64,000 bases of DNA from Pseudomonadota bacterium (GTDB lineage Bacteria > Desulfobacterota > Desulfobacteria > Desulfobacterales > RPRI01), in assembly GCA_043825875.1 (NCBI GenBank), contig JBDRRF010000076.1:64001-128000 (forward strand), in the 5' to 3' direction. The notes below the pieces were generated by a model, which searched no databases, was not told the DNA's origin, and worked only from the letters and a program-made list of their open reading frames with translations. Positions 1 to 9,763 of this stretch are shown in pieces (the first letter of the stretch is position 1; each line of letters starts with the position of its first letter). Both the position numbers and the translations under genes were made by a program.

Positions 1-177
1 CGATGAGTTGGTTGGGGGTGGTGGGGGTTGGCTCACCTGTCAAAGGATTATTCAAGCATACCTCACCGCTTCCAGTTTCACATTTAACTGCGTAACTAAT
101 TTGAGGTAAAAGTAGAATCAAAAAAAATATTAATAAGATTATTTTCTTCATATATTAATTATATCATAAAAAAATAA

Positions 178-211
178 AAACGGATAGTTTTTTAAAAAAA
201 GCTATCCGTTT
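178..211 (-). terminator. Intrinsic terminator-like hairpin
   Basis: AAACGGATAG...CTATCCGTTT inverted repeat just downstream of the 233..1348 gene, with an A-run to its left (U-tract on minus). Confidence 0.6.
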
Positions 212-232
212 AAAATTTATAATGTGCAAAAT

Positions 233-1348
233 TTATGATTTATTGATCCAGAAATATATATCTGTTGGTTCCCTGGATATTGAAAATTCAATTCTGATAT
301 TTTTGCTCCCGTAAATATCAAAACCATTAATTTTATTAAAGGAACTCCTCCACGTAGAAATACCATCAACATTATCTTTCTCTTTAAATTCTTTCAAAGA
401 AAGATAAGAAATATGGTCGCCACTACTAATTACGCAAGCTTCTTTCCAGTCCCCGGATTTAGTAAGCCTAACTACTTTTGCCGGACCCCATTGAGATTCA
501 TATTTCGCAACCGCCCTTTCCATCTCCAACCGCGCCAAACATTCTTCATACTCCGCGCGATAACGCGAAGTATATTGGCAGGCTTTGTTTAAAAGTCCGA
601 CCTTTTGCGAGAGAAGATTAATGAGATTTTGCCGTTCCTCCACCGACATAATACCGCCGTCGGGGACTTGAATGGCTTGGGCTTTGGAATAATATTCTTC
701 GCCAAGTGCTTCATTCTGTTTCTTTTGAGCTTCAGTATATTTATTCTTTTGACTAAACTTAACAGCAGTATCAAAAAACACAGTCTTTGAGTCTGTAGGT
801 ATGTCTGTTTTATTCCCTGCCTGAAAATAATAATCGGCAACAGTTTCCTTGAGGGCAGGATTTATAGAAGCGGCAGACATAAAGTAGTTTTCCGCTGGTT
901 TATGCTGGCCTTTTTCAAAAAGAGTTTTTCCCTCTGCAAACAATTCCGCACCAATGTCATTTTTAAGACCAGCTTGGTATTGGACTGCTTGACGGTAGAG
1001 CCCAACAGCACGGGACATATCACCTTTTGCTAAAGCCTGAGAACCGGCTTTTTTATATTCGGGGCCGATTTTATAACCATAATCAGACTTCAATTGTACG
1101 GCACTAGCGAAACGGTCTTTTGCATTTGAAAAATCACCCGTATTGATATAACAAATCCCAAGTTGGAATTGAGCCTCGGCATCCGTTGGTTTTTCTTTTA
1201 TTCGTTTATTAAGAAGCTCAATAGCCTGGGGAGACATCCCCGCCGACACAAAATCTTTGGCTTTATCAACATCGCCTGAACACCCGCAAAAAACAAATGA
1301 GATAATCACAAACAATAGATAACAACGAAACTTTCTATTAGACATCAT
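233..1348 (-). CDS. TPR-repeat lipoprotein
   Basis: Basic N-terminus, hydrophobic stretch and lipobox-like FCGC; TPR-like helices (AQFQLGICYINTGDFSNAKDRFASAVQL). Confidence 0.75.
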   Translation of the reverse strand: MMSNRKFRCYLLFVIISFVFCGCSGDVDKAKDFVSAGMSPQAIELLNKRIKEKPTDAEAQFQLGICYINTGDFSNAKDRFASAVQLKSDYGYKIGPEYKKAGSQALAKGDMSRAVGLYRQAVQYQAGLKNDIGAELFAEGKTLFEKGQHKPAENYFMSAASINPALKETVADYYFQAGNKTDIPTDSKTVFFDTAVKFSQKNKYTEAQKKQNEALGEEYYSKAQAIQVPDGGIMSVEERQNLINLLSQKVGLLNKACQYTSRYRAEYEECLARLEMERAVAKYESQWGPAKVVRLTKSGDWKEACVISSGDHISYLSLKEFKEKDNVDGISTWRSSFNKINGFDIYGSKNIRIEFSISREPTDIYFWINKS

Positions 1349-1577
1349 TTCCCCCTCCTTGATTTATTAAACAGTCGATATTTAGTTGTCGATAAATATC
1401 TATATCTGATTTAAATTTCAACTAAAAAACAGCCATTATTGATTTTTGGGAACATTTTTCTATATAAAGATCTCAAATAAAGCTTTCAAGACCCGCCCTA
1501 CACAATTGTATACCATTGAATGGCAGCTGTTTTTCCAAAGAAATATTGGTATTTTAAATTCCGGGTCTATTTTATTA

Positions 1578-1618
1578 TTGATATTTACATCACTTTTTGG
1601 TATAAAATGATTACATCA
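1578..1618 (+). promoter_or_regulatory. Sigma-70-type promoter of the TA operon with TTACATCA direct repeats (candidate operator)
   Basis: TTGATA-17 bp-TATAAA; TTACATCA at 1585 and 1611. Confidence 0.55.
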
Positions 1619-1644
1619 TCCAAACACAAATAAGAGGTGTAAAA

Positions 1645-1917
1645 ATGTTATCTGAAACGCAACAAGAAAAGGTGCGGATAAACATCCAACTTTCTGCAGA
1701 GATTAAGGAGAAGCTATTCAAAGTCTCTTCCAGGCAGGGGAAAAAGGTTTCTGCTTTCGTAAGGGAGTCTATAGAGGAAAAATTGATCCAGCTCGAAAGG
1801 CAGGACTTTGAAAATCGTATGAAAACCGCCTATCAGGACTTAGCCGAAGAAAACATCAATATTTCTGAAGATTTCAAATTCTCTGACGCCGAAAATCTAC
1901 CAGAGGCCACCCCATGA
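1645..1917 (+). CDS. Ribbon-helix-helix antitoxin (MazE/CopG-like)
   Basis: RINIQLS...VSAFVRESIEEKL RHH pattern; ATGA overlap with the toxin. Confidence 0.75.
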   Translation: MLSETQQEKVRINIQLSAEIKEKLFKVSSRQGKKVSAFVRESIEEKLIQLERQDFENRMKTAYQDLAEENINISEDFKFSDAENLPEATP

Positions 1918-2270
1918 CAACTTTTAACATTAAAAGAGGGGAAATCTATTATGCGTCCCTCGATCCGGTGGTGGGAAGTGAAACCGGAAAAACCCGGCCG
2001 GTGTTGATCATTCAAAATGATATCGGTAATCTATACTCACCTACGACTATCGTAGCAGTCATCACAGAATATTCCGAAAAAAAAGCAAATTATCCGATCT
2101 GCGTGCCTATTGGTATGGATACCGGTCTAAAAAAACATTCGATTGTTAATCTGTCGCAGATCCGCACCATTGACAACAGACGTTTGACAGGGCCGAAAAT
2201 CGCCGTTATTTCCAATGAGATCATGGGAAAGGTTGACACGGCACTGAAAAATAGCTTGGCTTTAAAATAG
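1914..2270 (+). CDS. mazF: PemK/MazF family endoribonuclease toxin
   Basis: KRGEIYYASLDPVVGSE.GK.RPVLIIQND...QIRTID.RL signature. Confidence 0.92.
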   Translation: MTTFNIKRGEIYYASLDPVVGSETGKTRPVLIIQNDIGNLYSPTTIVAVITEYSEKKANYPICVPIGMDTGLKKHSIVNLSQIRTIDNRRLTGPKIAVISNEIMGKVDTALKNSLALK

Positions 2271-2321
2271 AGAACGGAGTTTAAGTTAAATTCTACATTA
2301 TACGAAGGATGGTATCACTCC

Positions 2322-3617
2322 TTACGCTGCCTGCTCTTCATCTTTGTTTTCTGCTTTTTCAACTTCCCCATCGGCAACAGGCAGATATATATTAAATGTT
2401 GTACCTTCGTTAATTTTACTTGATACATCTATATATCCATTATGCTGTTTAATAATGCCGTAAGCGGATGAAAGCCCCAATCCCGTTCCTTTACCAAACT
2501 CCTTGGTTGTATAAAATGGTTCAAATATATTTGCTAAAACTTCACTATCCATACCGCATCCGTTATCACGAACAACAAGTTTTACATATTCTCCGGGTTT
2601 TATTTCTTTCATTTGCCGTTTATCACTCTCATGGATTACAATATCGGCTGTTTCAATGGCCAGAATACCTCCATTAGGCATAGCATCCCTTGCATTTGCC
2701 ACAAGATTCAGTAAGACTTGCTCTATCTGGTCCTTATCGGCCATAATATTTCGAACTGTCACTGCAGGCTTTATTTCAAGTAATATATCTTCGCCGATAA
2801 CCAGCTTTAACATCTCTGTCATATCTGTTATCAACTCGTTTATATTTATTTTATTAATTACCAGCAATTGCCTGCTGCTAAAAGCAAGCAACTGGTTTGT
2901 AATAGAAGATGCTTTCTCACCTAAACCTAATATAAGTTTAATACGTTCTCTTGAAGGATGATCTCTTGGAATATCCAACAGCGCCAGTTCACTAAAACCT
3001 AAAATACCGTTAAGCAGATTATTGAAATCATGGGCTACACCTCCTGCCAGCCTCCCGATTGATTCCATCTTATGCATTTGAATTAACTGGCCCTTTTGCA
3101 GATGCTGTTTTTCTTCAGTTTTTTCATTTATTGTATCAAAGGTTTCTTCCAATTCTTTCTTAGCCTGTTCGATCATGTTGTGCTGCGTCTGTATCTGATC
3201 TGTGACATCTTCTCCGTAACACAAAATGCCGGTTATCTTGCCCGTAATGTCTCTTAGCGGTATTGCATTATATTCTACAATTCTTCTTTCGCCCTTTTTA
3301 ACCAAAACAATATTTTGAAATTTTGTTGTCTCTGCATTGTTTATTTCATCTGTTATTAATTTATTAACGAAGATTTTTACTTTAGTTCGCATATCATCTG
3401 GAATAAACAGCCCAATAATATCCTTGCCGATAATTTCTTTCTCTTCATATCCGGCAACTTCACAGGCCTTTCTGTTTACAAGAACTACTTCCATATTAAG
3501 ATTTATTAAAATTAATTTTACTTCTTTAGTATCGAGACAGTTCTGTAACGAACTCTTTATGTGCATCAGCGCCAATTCGGCCAATTGGCTATATCTATCC
3601 CAATACTGATAATACAT
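2322..3617 (-). CDS. PAS-domain sensor histidine kinase
   Basis: PAS/PAC; H-box LAGGVAHDFNNLL; NLVANARDAM, DNGCGM, GTGLGL boxes. Confidence 0.9.
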   Translation of the reverse strand: MYYQYWDRYSQLAELALMHIKSSLQNCLDTKEVKLILINLNMEVVLVNRKACEVAGYEEKEIIGKDIIGLFIPDDMRTKVKIFVNKLITDEINNAETTKFQNIVLVKKGERRIVEYNAIPLRDITGKITGILCYGEDVTDQIQTQHNMIEQAKKELEETFDTINEKTEEKQHLQKGQLIQMHKMESIGRLAGGVAHDFNNLLNGILGFSELALLDIPRDHPSRERIKLILGLGEKASSITNQLLAFSSRQLLVINKININELITDMTEMLKLVIGEDILLEIKPAVTVRNIMADKDQIEQVLLNLVANARDAMPNGGILAIETADIVIHESDKRQMKEIKPGEYVKLVVRDNGCGMDSEVLANIFEPFYTTKEFGKGTGLGLSSAYGIIKQHNGYIDVSSKINEGTTFNIYLPVADGEVEKAENKDEEQAA

Positions 3618-3700
3618 TGTATTTCCTTAAAACCGATCCGAGCAAATCTTATGAAAAGATCTCCCATAAAAGTTTCAGTGTTTCAGTTATGATCAGATCT

Positions 3701-4732
3701 TCACTTTATATTTTTCCCATAGTAATCAACATACCAGTTAACAAAATGTCTTATTCCTGTTTCAAGTAAAGTTTCAGGCTTAAAGCCAACATCTTTTATC
3801 AGATCATCAACATCGGCATATGTTGACACAACATCACCCGGTTGGAGATCAAGAAATTGAATTTCTGCTTTTTTCTCTAAAATAGTTTCTATGTTTTCTA
3901 TAAATTTCATAAGCTCAACAGGATTGTTGTTACCTATGTTATATATTTTATATTTTGCGTATGAGGTGCCAGGATCAGGGCTGTTGCCGCTCCAGTTTGG
4001 ATTCGGGTCAGGAACTTTTTTCATAATCCTTGCAACTCCTTCGATAATATCATCAATATATGTAAAATCACGAGTCATCTTTCCATGATTGAAAACCTCG
4101 ATAGGTTTTCCATTAAGGATTGCATCAGTAAAAAGAAAAAGAGCCATATCGGGTCGCCCCCATGGCCCGTAAACCGTAAAAAATCTCAGGCCTGTGCAAG
4201 GCAAACCATAGAGATGGCTGTATGAATGAGCCATGAGTTCATTTGCTTTCTTTGTGGCAGCATAAAGTGAAACAGGATGATCGACATTATGATGAACGGA
4301 AAAAGGCATTTTTGTGTTTGCCCCATAAACGGAACTTGATGAAGCAAAAACAAGATGCTGAACACTATTGTGTCTACAGCATTCAAGGATATTTGTAAAA
4401 CCGACTATATTGGAATCAATATATGAATAAGGGTTTTTCAATGAATATCTCACGCCAGCCTGTGCCGCAAGATTAACAACAACGTCAAACTTATTATTTT
4501 TAAAAACTTCTTGCAAAGCATCCCTATCTGAAATGTCTGCTTTTAAGAATGCAAAGTTTTTATAAGACAATAGTTGAGCAAGCCTGGATTCTTTAAGACC
4601 AACATCATAATAAGAATTCATATTATCAATACCGGTTACATTAATCCCTTCATTAAGCAATCTTAAAGATAAATGATAACCGATAAACCCGGCAGCACCT
4701 GTAACAAGAACATCTTTAATACTAATATCCAT
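3701..4732 (-). CDS. NAD-dependent epimerase (UDP-glucuronate 4-epimerase type)
   Basis: [35 protein letters not shown] motifs. Confidence 0.92.
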   Translation of the reverse strand: MDISIKDVLVTGAAGFIGYHLSLRLLNEGINVTGIDNMNSYYDVGLKESRLAQLLSYKNFAFLKADISDRDALQEVFKNNKFDVVVNLAAQAGVRYSLKNPYSYIDSNIVGFTNILECCRHNSVQHLVFASSSSVYGANTKMPFSVHHNVDHPVSLYAATKKANELMAHSYSHLYGLPCTGLRFFTVYGPWGRPDMALFLFTDAILNGKPIEVFNHGKMTRDFTYIDDIIEGVARIMKKVPDPNPNWSGNSPDPGTSYAKYKIYNIGNNNPVELMKFIENIETILEKKAEIQFLDLQPGDVVSTYADVDDLIKDVGFKPETLLETGIRHFVNWYVDYYGKNIK

Positions 4733-4981
4733 CTCATCCTCCGCTCGTTATAGCAATTGTGAGAACCTTGTTCCGTTTGCAGCTTATTGTATTTTTGGGT
4801 ATGGGGTGTGTATGAAAATGAACAGATTTATAAGAATTACTATAAAAATGTTATATGAACTTATATCCAATATGTTTTTGAATTTCAATAAAAAATAAAT
4901 TAGATTATTAGTAAGAATTTCTACCAAAGAGATACATCAATGATCAGGAACATAGCACTTTTAGTTTGTTTTATATGGACG

Positions 4982-6475
4982 TCAGATGGTTTCTGTATTT
5001 ATGTACTTTTTTACTGTACGTCTGTCCAGTTTTACCCTGCGCGCCACTTCTTCAAATGTCCCATACTGCTTATAAAGCATCATACAATAATTACTCAAAA
5101 TCGTCTGGGCATCCATGCTTCCCGATTCTATCCCCGACAGAAGATAGGTTTTTTCATCAGCTCTTATTTCTTTATCATCGCCTGAATAACTGCGCTTGAT
5201 AAGCACTCTTCGCACACATTGTTCCAGCTCCCGTACATTGCCGGGCCAGGGGTAATGATTGCCAAGTTCTTTTAAGATTACATCCTTAACGATGTCTGCA
5301 AGTTCCGGAGAAGGTTTTCCGATTAGTCTTTCAATGGTATGAGATAAAAGCCCGTTTAATTCATCCGGGTCTTCCTCAATACGCTGCCTTAATGGCGGAA
5401 CCGTAATGGTGTCAGAGCATAACCTGTAGAAAAAGTCATCCCGAAATCGTCTTTGTGCACGAAGTTTATTGATGTCGCGATTCGTTGCGGCAAGCACCCT
5501 GCCCTGAAATCGTTTCTTCTCGTGCCCGCCCACCGGAGAAAATACCCGCTCCTGCAAAACCTGTAGAAGTTTTATTTGAACCGGGATACTTGTCTCACCG
5601 ATTTCATCCAGAAAAATAGTGCTGTATTGTCCGCATTGCTCCAGAATGCCTTTGTGGGTATCTATTGCTCCGGTAAAAGCCCCCTTCCTGTGTCCAAACA
5701 ACTCCGATTCGATCAATGCCTCCGGAAATTGAGAAAGGTTTAAAGAAATAAGAGAGCGGGTAAAGCTGTCCTCAAAACAATTACTCTTTTCACTATATGG
5801 GATAAATCCGGAACATCCAATGGCAGCAGCAGCAGTTCCTTTGCCCGTGCCCGTTTCCCCAAGCAAAAGCGTTGAAAAATCTTCCATTCTGTTCCACAGA
5901 TATTTTTCATAAAGTCCAATATCATAAGTAAATACATTGTTCCAGAGACTTAACTTAAGCTGTTTCATGGAAGAACTTGTGCCAATAAGATTGCCTTCTA
6001 TAAAGAAAAAGGCCCGCCGCATCTGGTAAAAAATGGCAAAATAGCGGATAGTTTCAGCTTCCCGGAAACCATATTGCGTTAGAGCTTTAAAGAAATTACC
6101 TGCAAACAATACCTTTAAGGGGGTATCGCCAGCCTTTCGCTGATCTATTATAAATGTGTCAAACTCTGCCGCATACTGATGATAGACATAAAAGAGCAAC
6201 GAGTTCTTTACTATCTCGTGATCATCTCCTGAAAAAAAATTGATATCGGCACGCCCTTGATTTTCAAGTACCTTTATCTTCTGCTCCACCTCATAAAAAA
6301 CCTTTTCCAGCAATGTGAAAGAAGAAGTTTCTGAGGAAAGGCCGGATATCTCAAGATCAACCCGTTCCCTTTCCTCACCGAAAGGGTTGGCAAACACCGC
6401 ACGGGTAACCAATGAGAAGAATCTGCGTTCTATTTTTGTAAGTTTATTTTTTAAGTCCATACAATTTATGTACAT
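4982..6475 (-). CDS. Sigma-54-dependent transcriptional activator
   Basis: GETGTGK, ESELFGH..GAFTGA, FLDEIGE, WPGNVRELE, C-terminal HTH; unrecognised N-terminal domain. Confidence 0.9.
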   Translation of the reverse strand: MYINCMDLKNKLTKIERRFFSLVTRAVFANPFGEERERVDLEISGLSSETSSFTLLEKVFYEVEQKIKVLENQGRADINFFSGDDHEIVKNSLLFYVYHQYAAEFDTFIIDQRKAGDTPLKVLFAGNFFKALTQYGFREAETIRYFAIFYQMRRAFFFIEGNLIGTSSSMKQLKLSLWNNVFTYDIGLYEKYLWNRMEDFSTLLLGETGTGKGTAAAAIGCSGFIPYSEKSNCFEDSFTRSLISLNLSQFPEALIESELFGHRKGAFTGAIDTHKGILEQCGQYSTIFLDEIGETSIPVQIKLLQVLQERVFSPVGGHEKKRFQGRVLAATNRDINKLRAQRRFRDDFFYRLCSDTITVPPLRQRIEEDPDELNGLLSHTIERLIGKPSPELADIVKDVILKELGNHYPWPGNVRELEQCVRRVLIKRSYSGDDKEIRADEKTYLLSGIESGSMDAQTILSNYCMMLYKQYGTFEEVARRVKLDRRTVKKYINTETI

Positions 6476-6559
6476 ATATAATCATATTTTGTCCATTAAT
6501 TTTTTTATTATTAAAAGGCAAAAATATTTAACTTATTGAATATACATCAATAACAATAT

Positions 6560-6575
6560 TGGCACAGTTCCTGTA
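6560..6575 (+). promoter_or_regulatory. Candidate sigma-54 promoter for the VIT gene
   Basis: TGGCAC-N5-CTGTA (imperfect -12) next to a divergent sigma-54 activator. Confidence 0.45.
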
Positions 6576-6645
6576 AACATTATATTAATACCTTGAAACA
6601 AAAGAGGTAAACAAAACAACTAATTTAAAAAAAGGAGGTTTAAAA

Positions 6646-8670
6646 ATGTGCCATAAAATAAAAGTAAGGGTGGTACAGATAATTTTGTTTGCAGGCTTTT
6701 TCATGATGCAGGTATCCGTTTCACAAGCAGCCGGTTTATTAAAACCTGTAAACGGCAATGGTTCGAACATTCACATGAAATCACACAATGTACAAGTAAC
6801 CATAAACAACGGCTTTAGCCGAACGGAAGTAGATCAGATCTTTATCAATGAAGGCGATAAGGATATGGAGGCTATCTATTCATTTCCTTTGCCGGTAAAA
6901 GCAAGTTTGTCGGAGTTGAGTATATGGATTGACGGCAAAGAAACGATAGGTGAAGTACTTGAAAAAGAAAGGGCAAAAAAGATCTATGAACAACAGAAGG
7001 CCAAGGGAAATGATTCAGCGCTTGCCCAAAAAGATGATTACAAGACTTTTAATATAAATGTTTCGCCTGTAAGAGCCGGTGGGGAAACACGCGTGCGTCT
7101 GGTTTATTACCAGCCTCTTGAGATAGACTTGAATATAGGCCGTTATGTGTATCCTTTGGCTGAAGGCGGAGTTGACGAGGAAAGGATTGCTTTCTGGTCT
7201 GTTGATAACAAAGTTATAGGGTCGTTTTCATTTGACTTGACATTAAAATCAGCTTTTCCGGTTAAAGACGTTCGCGTGCCCGGTTATCAGGATAGAGCAG
7301 AAATCAAACAAGCCGGCAATCCTGATGAAGAAACAAACAGCGGCAATACATATCATATCCGAATAACGGAACCTGAAGGCTGTAATCTTTCCAAGGATAT
7401 TGTTTTCTATTACCGCCTCAAAGAAGACGTTCCGGCACGGCTTGAGCTAATCCCATACAAAGCATCACCTGACAAGGAAGGAACGTTTATGGTGATAGTA
7501 ACTCCAGGAGCTTCCTTAAAGCGCATTGCCGAAGGCACTGACTGGACCTTTATTCTGGACAAATCGGGGAGCATGAGCGGCGAAAAGATAAAAACTCTGG
7601 CAGATGGAGTATCCCGTGTTATTGGCAAGATGTCTGTAAATGATCGTTTCCGCATTATCACCTTTAATAATAGCGCCGATGACTTTTCCGGAGGATATAT
7701 CAATGCAACGCCGGAAAATGTAAATGCAATGATCGAGCGCTTAAGAAATCTTCAGGCAAGTGGCGGAACCGCACTTTTCGCAGGGCTTGAAAAGGGATGC
7801 AAAGAACTCGATGATGACCGAACAACCGGAATGGTACTTGTTACTGACGGAGTAGCAAATATCGGACCTACTCACGAGGCTGCTTTTCTTCAATTACTGC
7901 AAGACCACGATATCAGGCTTTTTACTTTTGTTATTGGTAACAGTGCAAACAGACCTCTCTTGAATAAGCTGGCAAAAAAAACCAATGGATTTGCCATGAA
8001 CATATCAAATAGTGATGATATCATCGGACGTATTGTTCAGGCAAAGGCAAAAGTACTGCATGAAAACTTCCATGATGTCAAACTTCGCTTTCATGGGAAA
8101 AAGGTTAAAGATCTAACTCCAACAAGTGATAAAAGTCTTTATATGGGACAACAGCTTGTAAAGTTCGGCAAGTATAATGGCTCCGGTGAGATTGATATCG
8201 AACTGCTGGCTAAGATCTCAGGAACCCAGCACAGTTGGCGATGCACGGCGGTTCTGCCAAAGATGGATACGGATAATCCTGAAATAGAGCGTCTCTGGGC
8301 ACTGTCTGCCATAGAAGACCGAATGGAAGAGATCCGGGAAAATGGGGAAAACAACAAACTGCGTACCCAGGTTGTGGATTTAGGAATGCAATATTCTTTG
8401 GTTACAGACTATACCTCCATGATTGTTCTGTCAGAAGAAGAAATCGAAAATCTCGGGATTAAGCATACAAATAAAGAACGTGTTCATCGTGAACGCCAGG
8501 CTCAGCAGATTCGCAAAGCAGCGCCTGTAAAAAACTACAGAGCGGATAACAGTAACAATAACGGTGGTATGTTTAATGGATTAAAAGCTCCGAGTGTTGG
8601 TGTTGGTTCCGGTCCTATCGGACCTTTATCTCTCGCATTTATTTTCTGGCTCAACCGCAGAAAAAAATAA
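6646..8670 (+). CDS. Secreted VIT + vWA domain protein with GlyGly-CTERM-like sorting tail
   Basis: Signal peptide; VIT (EAIYSFPLP); MIDAS DKSGSM and TDG; tail GVGSGPIGPLSLAFIFWLNRRKK. Confidence 0.85.
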   Translation: MCHKIKVRVVQIILFAGFFMMQVSVSQAAGLLKPVNGNGSNIHMKSHNVQVTINNGFSRTEVDQIFINEGDKDMEAIYSFPLPVKASLSELSIWIDGKETIGEVLEKERAKKIYEQQKAKGNDSALAQKDDYKTFNINVSPVRAGGETRVRLVYYQPLEIDLNIGRYVYPLAEGGVDEERIAFWSVDNKVIGSFSFDLTLKSAFPVKDVRVPGYQDRAEIKQAGNPDEETNSGNTYHIRITEPEGCNLSKDIVFYYRLKEDVPARLELIPYKASPDKEGTFMVIVTPGASLKRIAEGTDWTFILDKSGSMSGEKIKTLADGVSRVIGKMSVNDRFRIITFNNSADDFSGGYINATPENVNAMIERLRNLQASGGTALFAGLEKGCKELDDDRTTGMVLVTDGVANIGPTHEAAFLQLLQDHDIRLFTFVIGNSANRPLLNKLAKKTNGFAMNISNSDDIIGRIVQAKAKVLHENFHDVKLRFHGKKVKDLTPTSDKSLYMGQQLVKFGKYNGSGEIDIELLAKISGTQHSWRCTAVLPKMDTDNPEIERLWALSAIEDRMEEIRENGENNKLRTQVVDLGMQYSLVTDYTSMIVLSEEEIENLGIKHTNKERVHRERQAQQIRKAAPVKNYRADNSNNNGGMFNGLKAPSVGVGSGPIGPLSLAFIFWLNRRKK

Positions 8671-8688
8671 AAACATAGTTCAAAAAAA

Positions 8689-8724
8689 GTATAGAAAGGG
8701 TGGCAATAGTCACCCTTTCTATAC
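8689..8724. terminator. Strong intergenic hairpin between the VIT gene and rhombosortase
   Basis: GTATAGAAAGGGTG / CACCCTTTCTATAC perfect 14-bp stem; no U-tract on plus. Confidence 0.55.
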
Positions 8725-8738
8725 AGGAAGGACTTTAT

Positions 8739-9389
8739 ATGTTAAAGGAAAATACAAAAAGATCAAAGTCTGCCGTAACAATGCGCTCCTTTCCTGAAAT
8801 ATGGGCATATATCTCAATGATAATATTGTGCAATATTCATATCATTTCCGGAAATCTGCCAAATGAACTGGTTTTTTACCCTGACTTGAAGAATAGCAAA
8901 GCATTTTTAAGTATTATAACACACCCCTTTGTGCATGTTTCCTGGTACCATTTACTGCTTGATGGCGCAGGTTTTTTTATTGTCTATTCGGGTATAAAAC
9001 AGGCCAAAATGACAACTCGATTGGCATATGTAGCGTTTTGTTGCACAGGAAGTATATTACTGCCACTCTTGTTTTCATCCTTTAAGCTTGCTTATGGCTT
9101 ATGCGGCCTTTCAGGAATAGCCCATGGACTCATGGCAATTTCCACCCTTGAGATGGCAAATGGAAAGACTTTTAAAATAGGGATTTTCTGTTTTGCACTT
9201 GTTTTCACAAAAAGTATTATCGAAGCCGTTAGCGGTAATGTCCTTTTTTCATTCCTTCATTTCGGTTTAATGGGGCTGCCTGTTGCCTCAACGCATCTTG
9301 GAGGCGTCCTTGGAGGGTGTTTTGCTTATTTTATGTTTAAGGAAACTAATATGCTTTATAATTTTTTCAACTTAAAGCAAAAAGAATAA
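8739..9389 (+). CDS. Rhombosortase (rhomboid-family intramembrane protease)
   Basis: H..W.HLLL, GLSG catalytic Ser motif, HLGG His motif; follows a GlyGly-CTERM-like protein. Start moved to ATG 8739 after AGGAAGG. Confidence 0.8.
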   Translation: MLKENTKRSKSAVTMRSFPEIWAYISMIILCNIHIISGNLPNELVFYPDLKNSKAFLSIITHPFVHVSWYHLLLDGAGFFIVYSGIKQAKMTTRLAYVAFCCTGSILLPLLFSSFKLAYGLCGLSGIAHGLMAISTLEMANGKTFKIGIFCFALVFTKSIIEAVSGNVLFSFLHFGLMGLPVASTHLGGVLGGCFAYFMFKETNMLYNFFNLKQKE

Positions 9390-9763
9390 ATTTTGTTTTT
9401 ATAAAATAAAAATAGCCCGGCTATAGATTTGCCTCATATTTGTTATAATAATATGTTTTTATTGAATATAGATTCTAAGTCATTAATCCAGCCGCAATGA
9501 GCCTGAACGCAATTGCTGTAAATTTACGATTATTCCAATAATCTAATACTAAAGATATTTTTATTTTCAACCGATAATCTTTATAACAGATAATTGCTAT
9601 TTTCTATAACGAAAGCCGCTACTCACCTCTTTTGCCTCCGATTCATCACTTGGACTCTTTACGATCAGTGGCTAAATAATATTGCAATGGATTACGGCAG
9701 AAAAAGTTTTATAAATACATCTAAATACTTTGTTGTTTTTGAAATTTATTAACTAGGCAAATA

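Noticed and set aside
9600..9710. c-di-GMP riboswitch upstream of the hybrid kinase
   Set aside because: Only scattered similarity; I could not build the two-stem GEMM structure.
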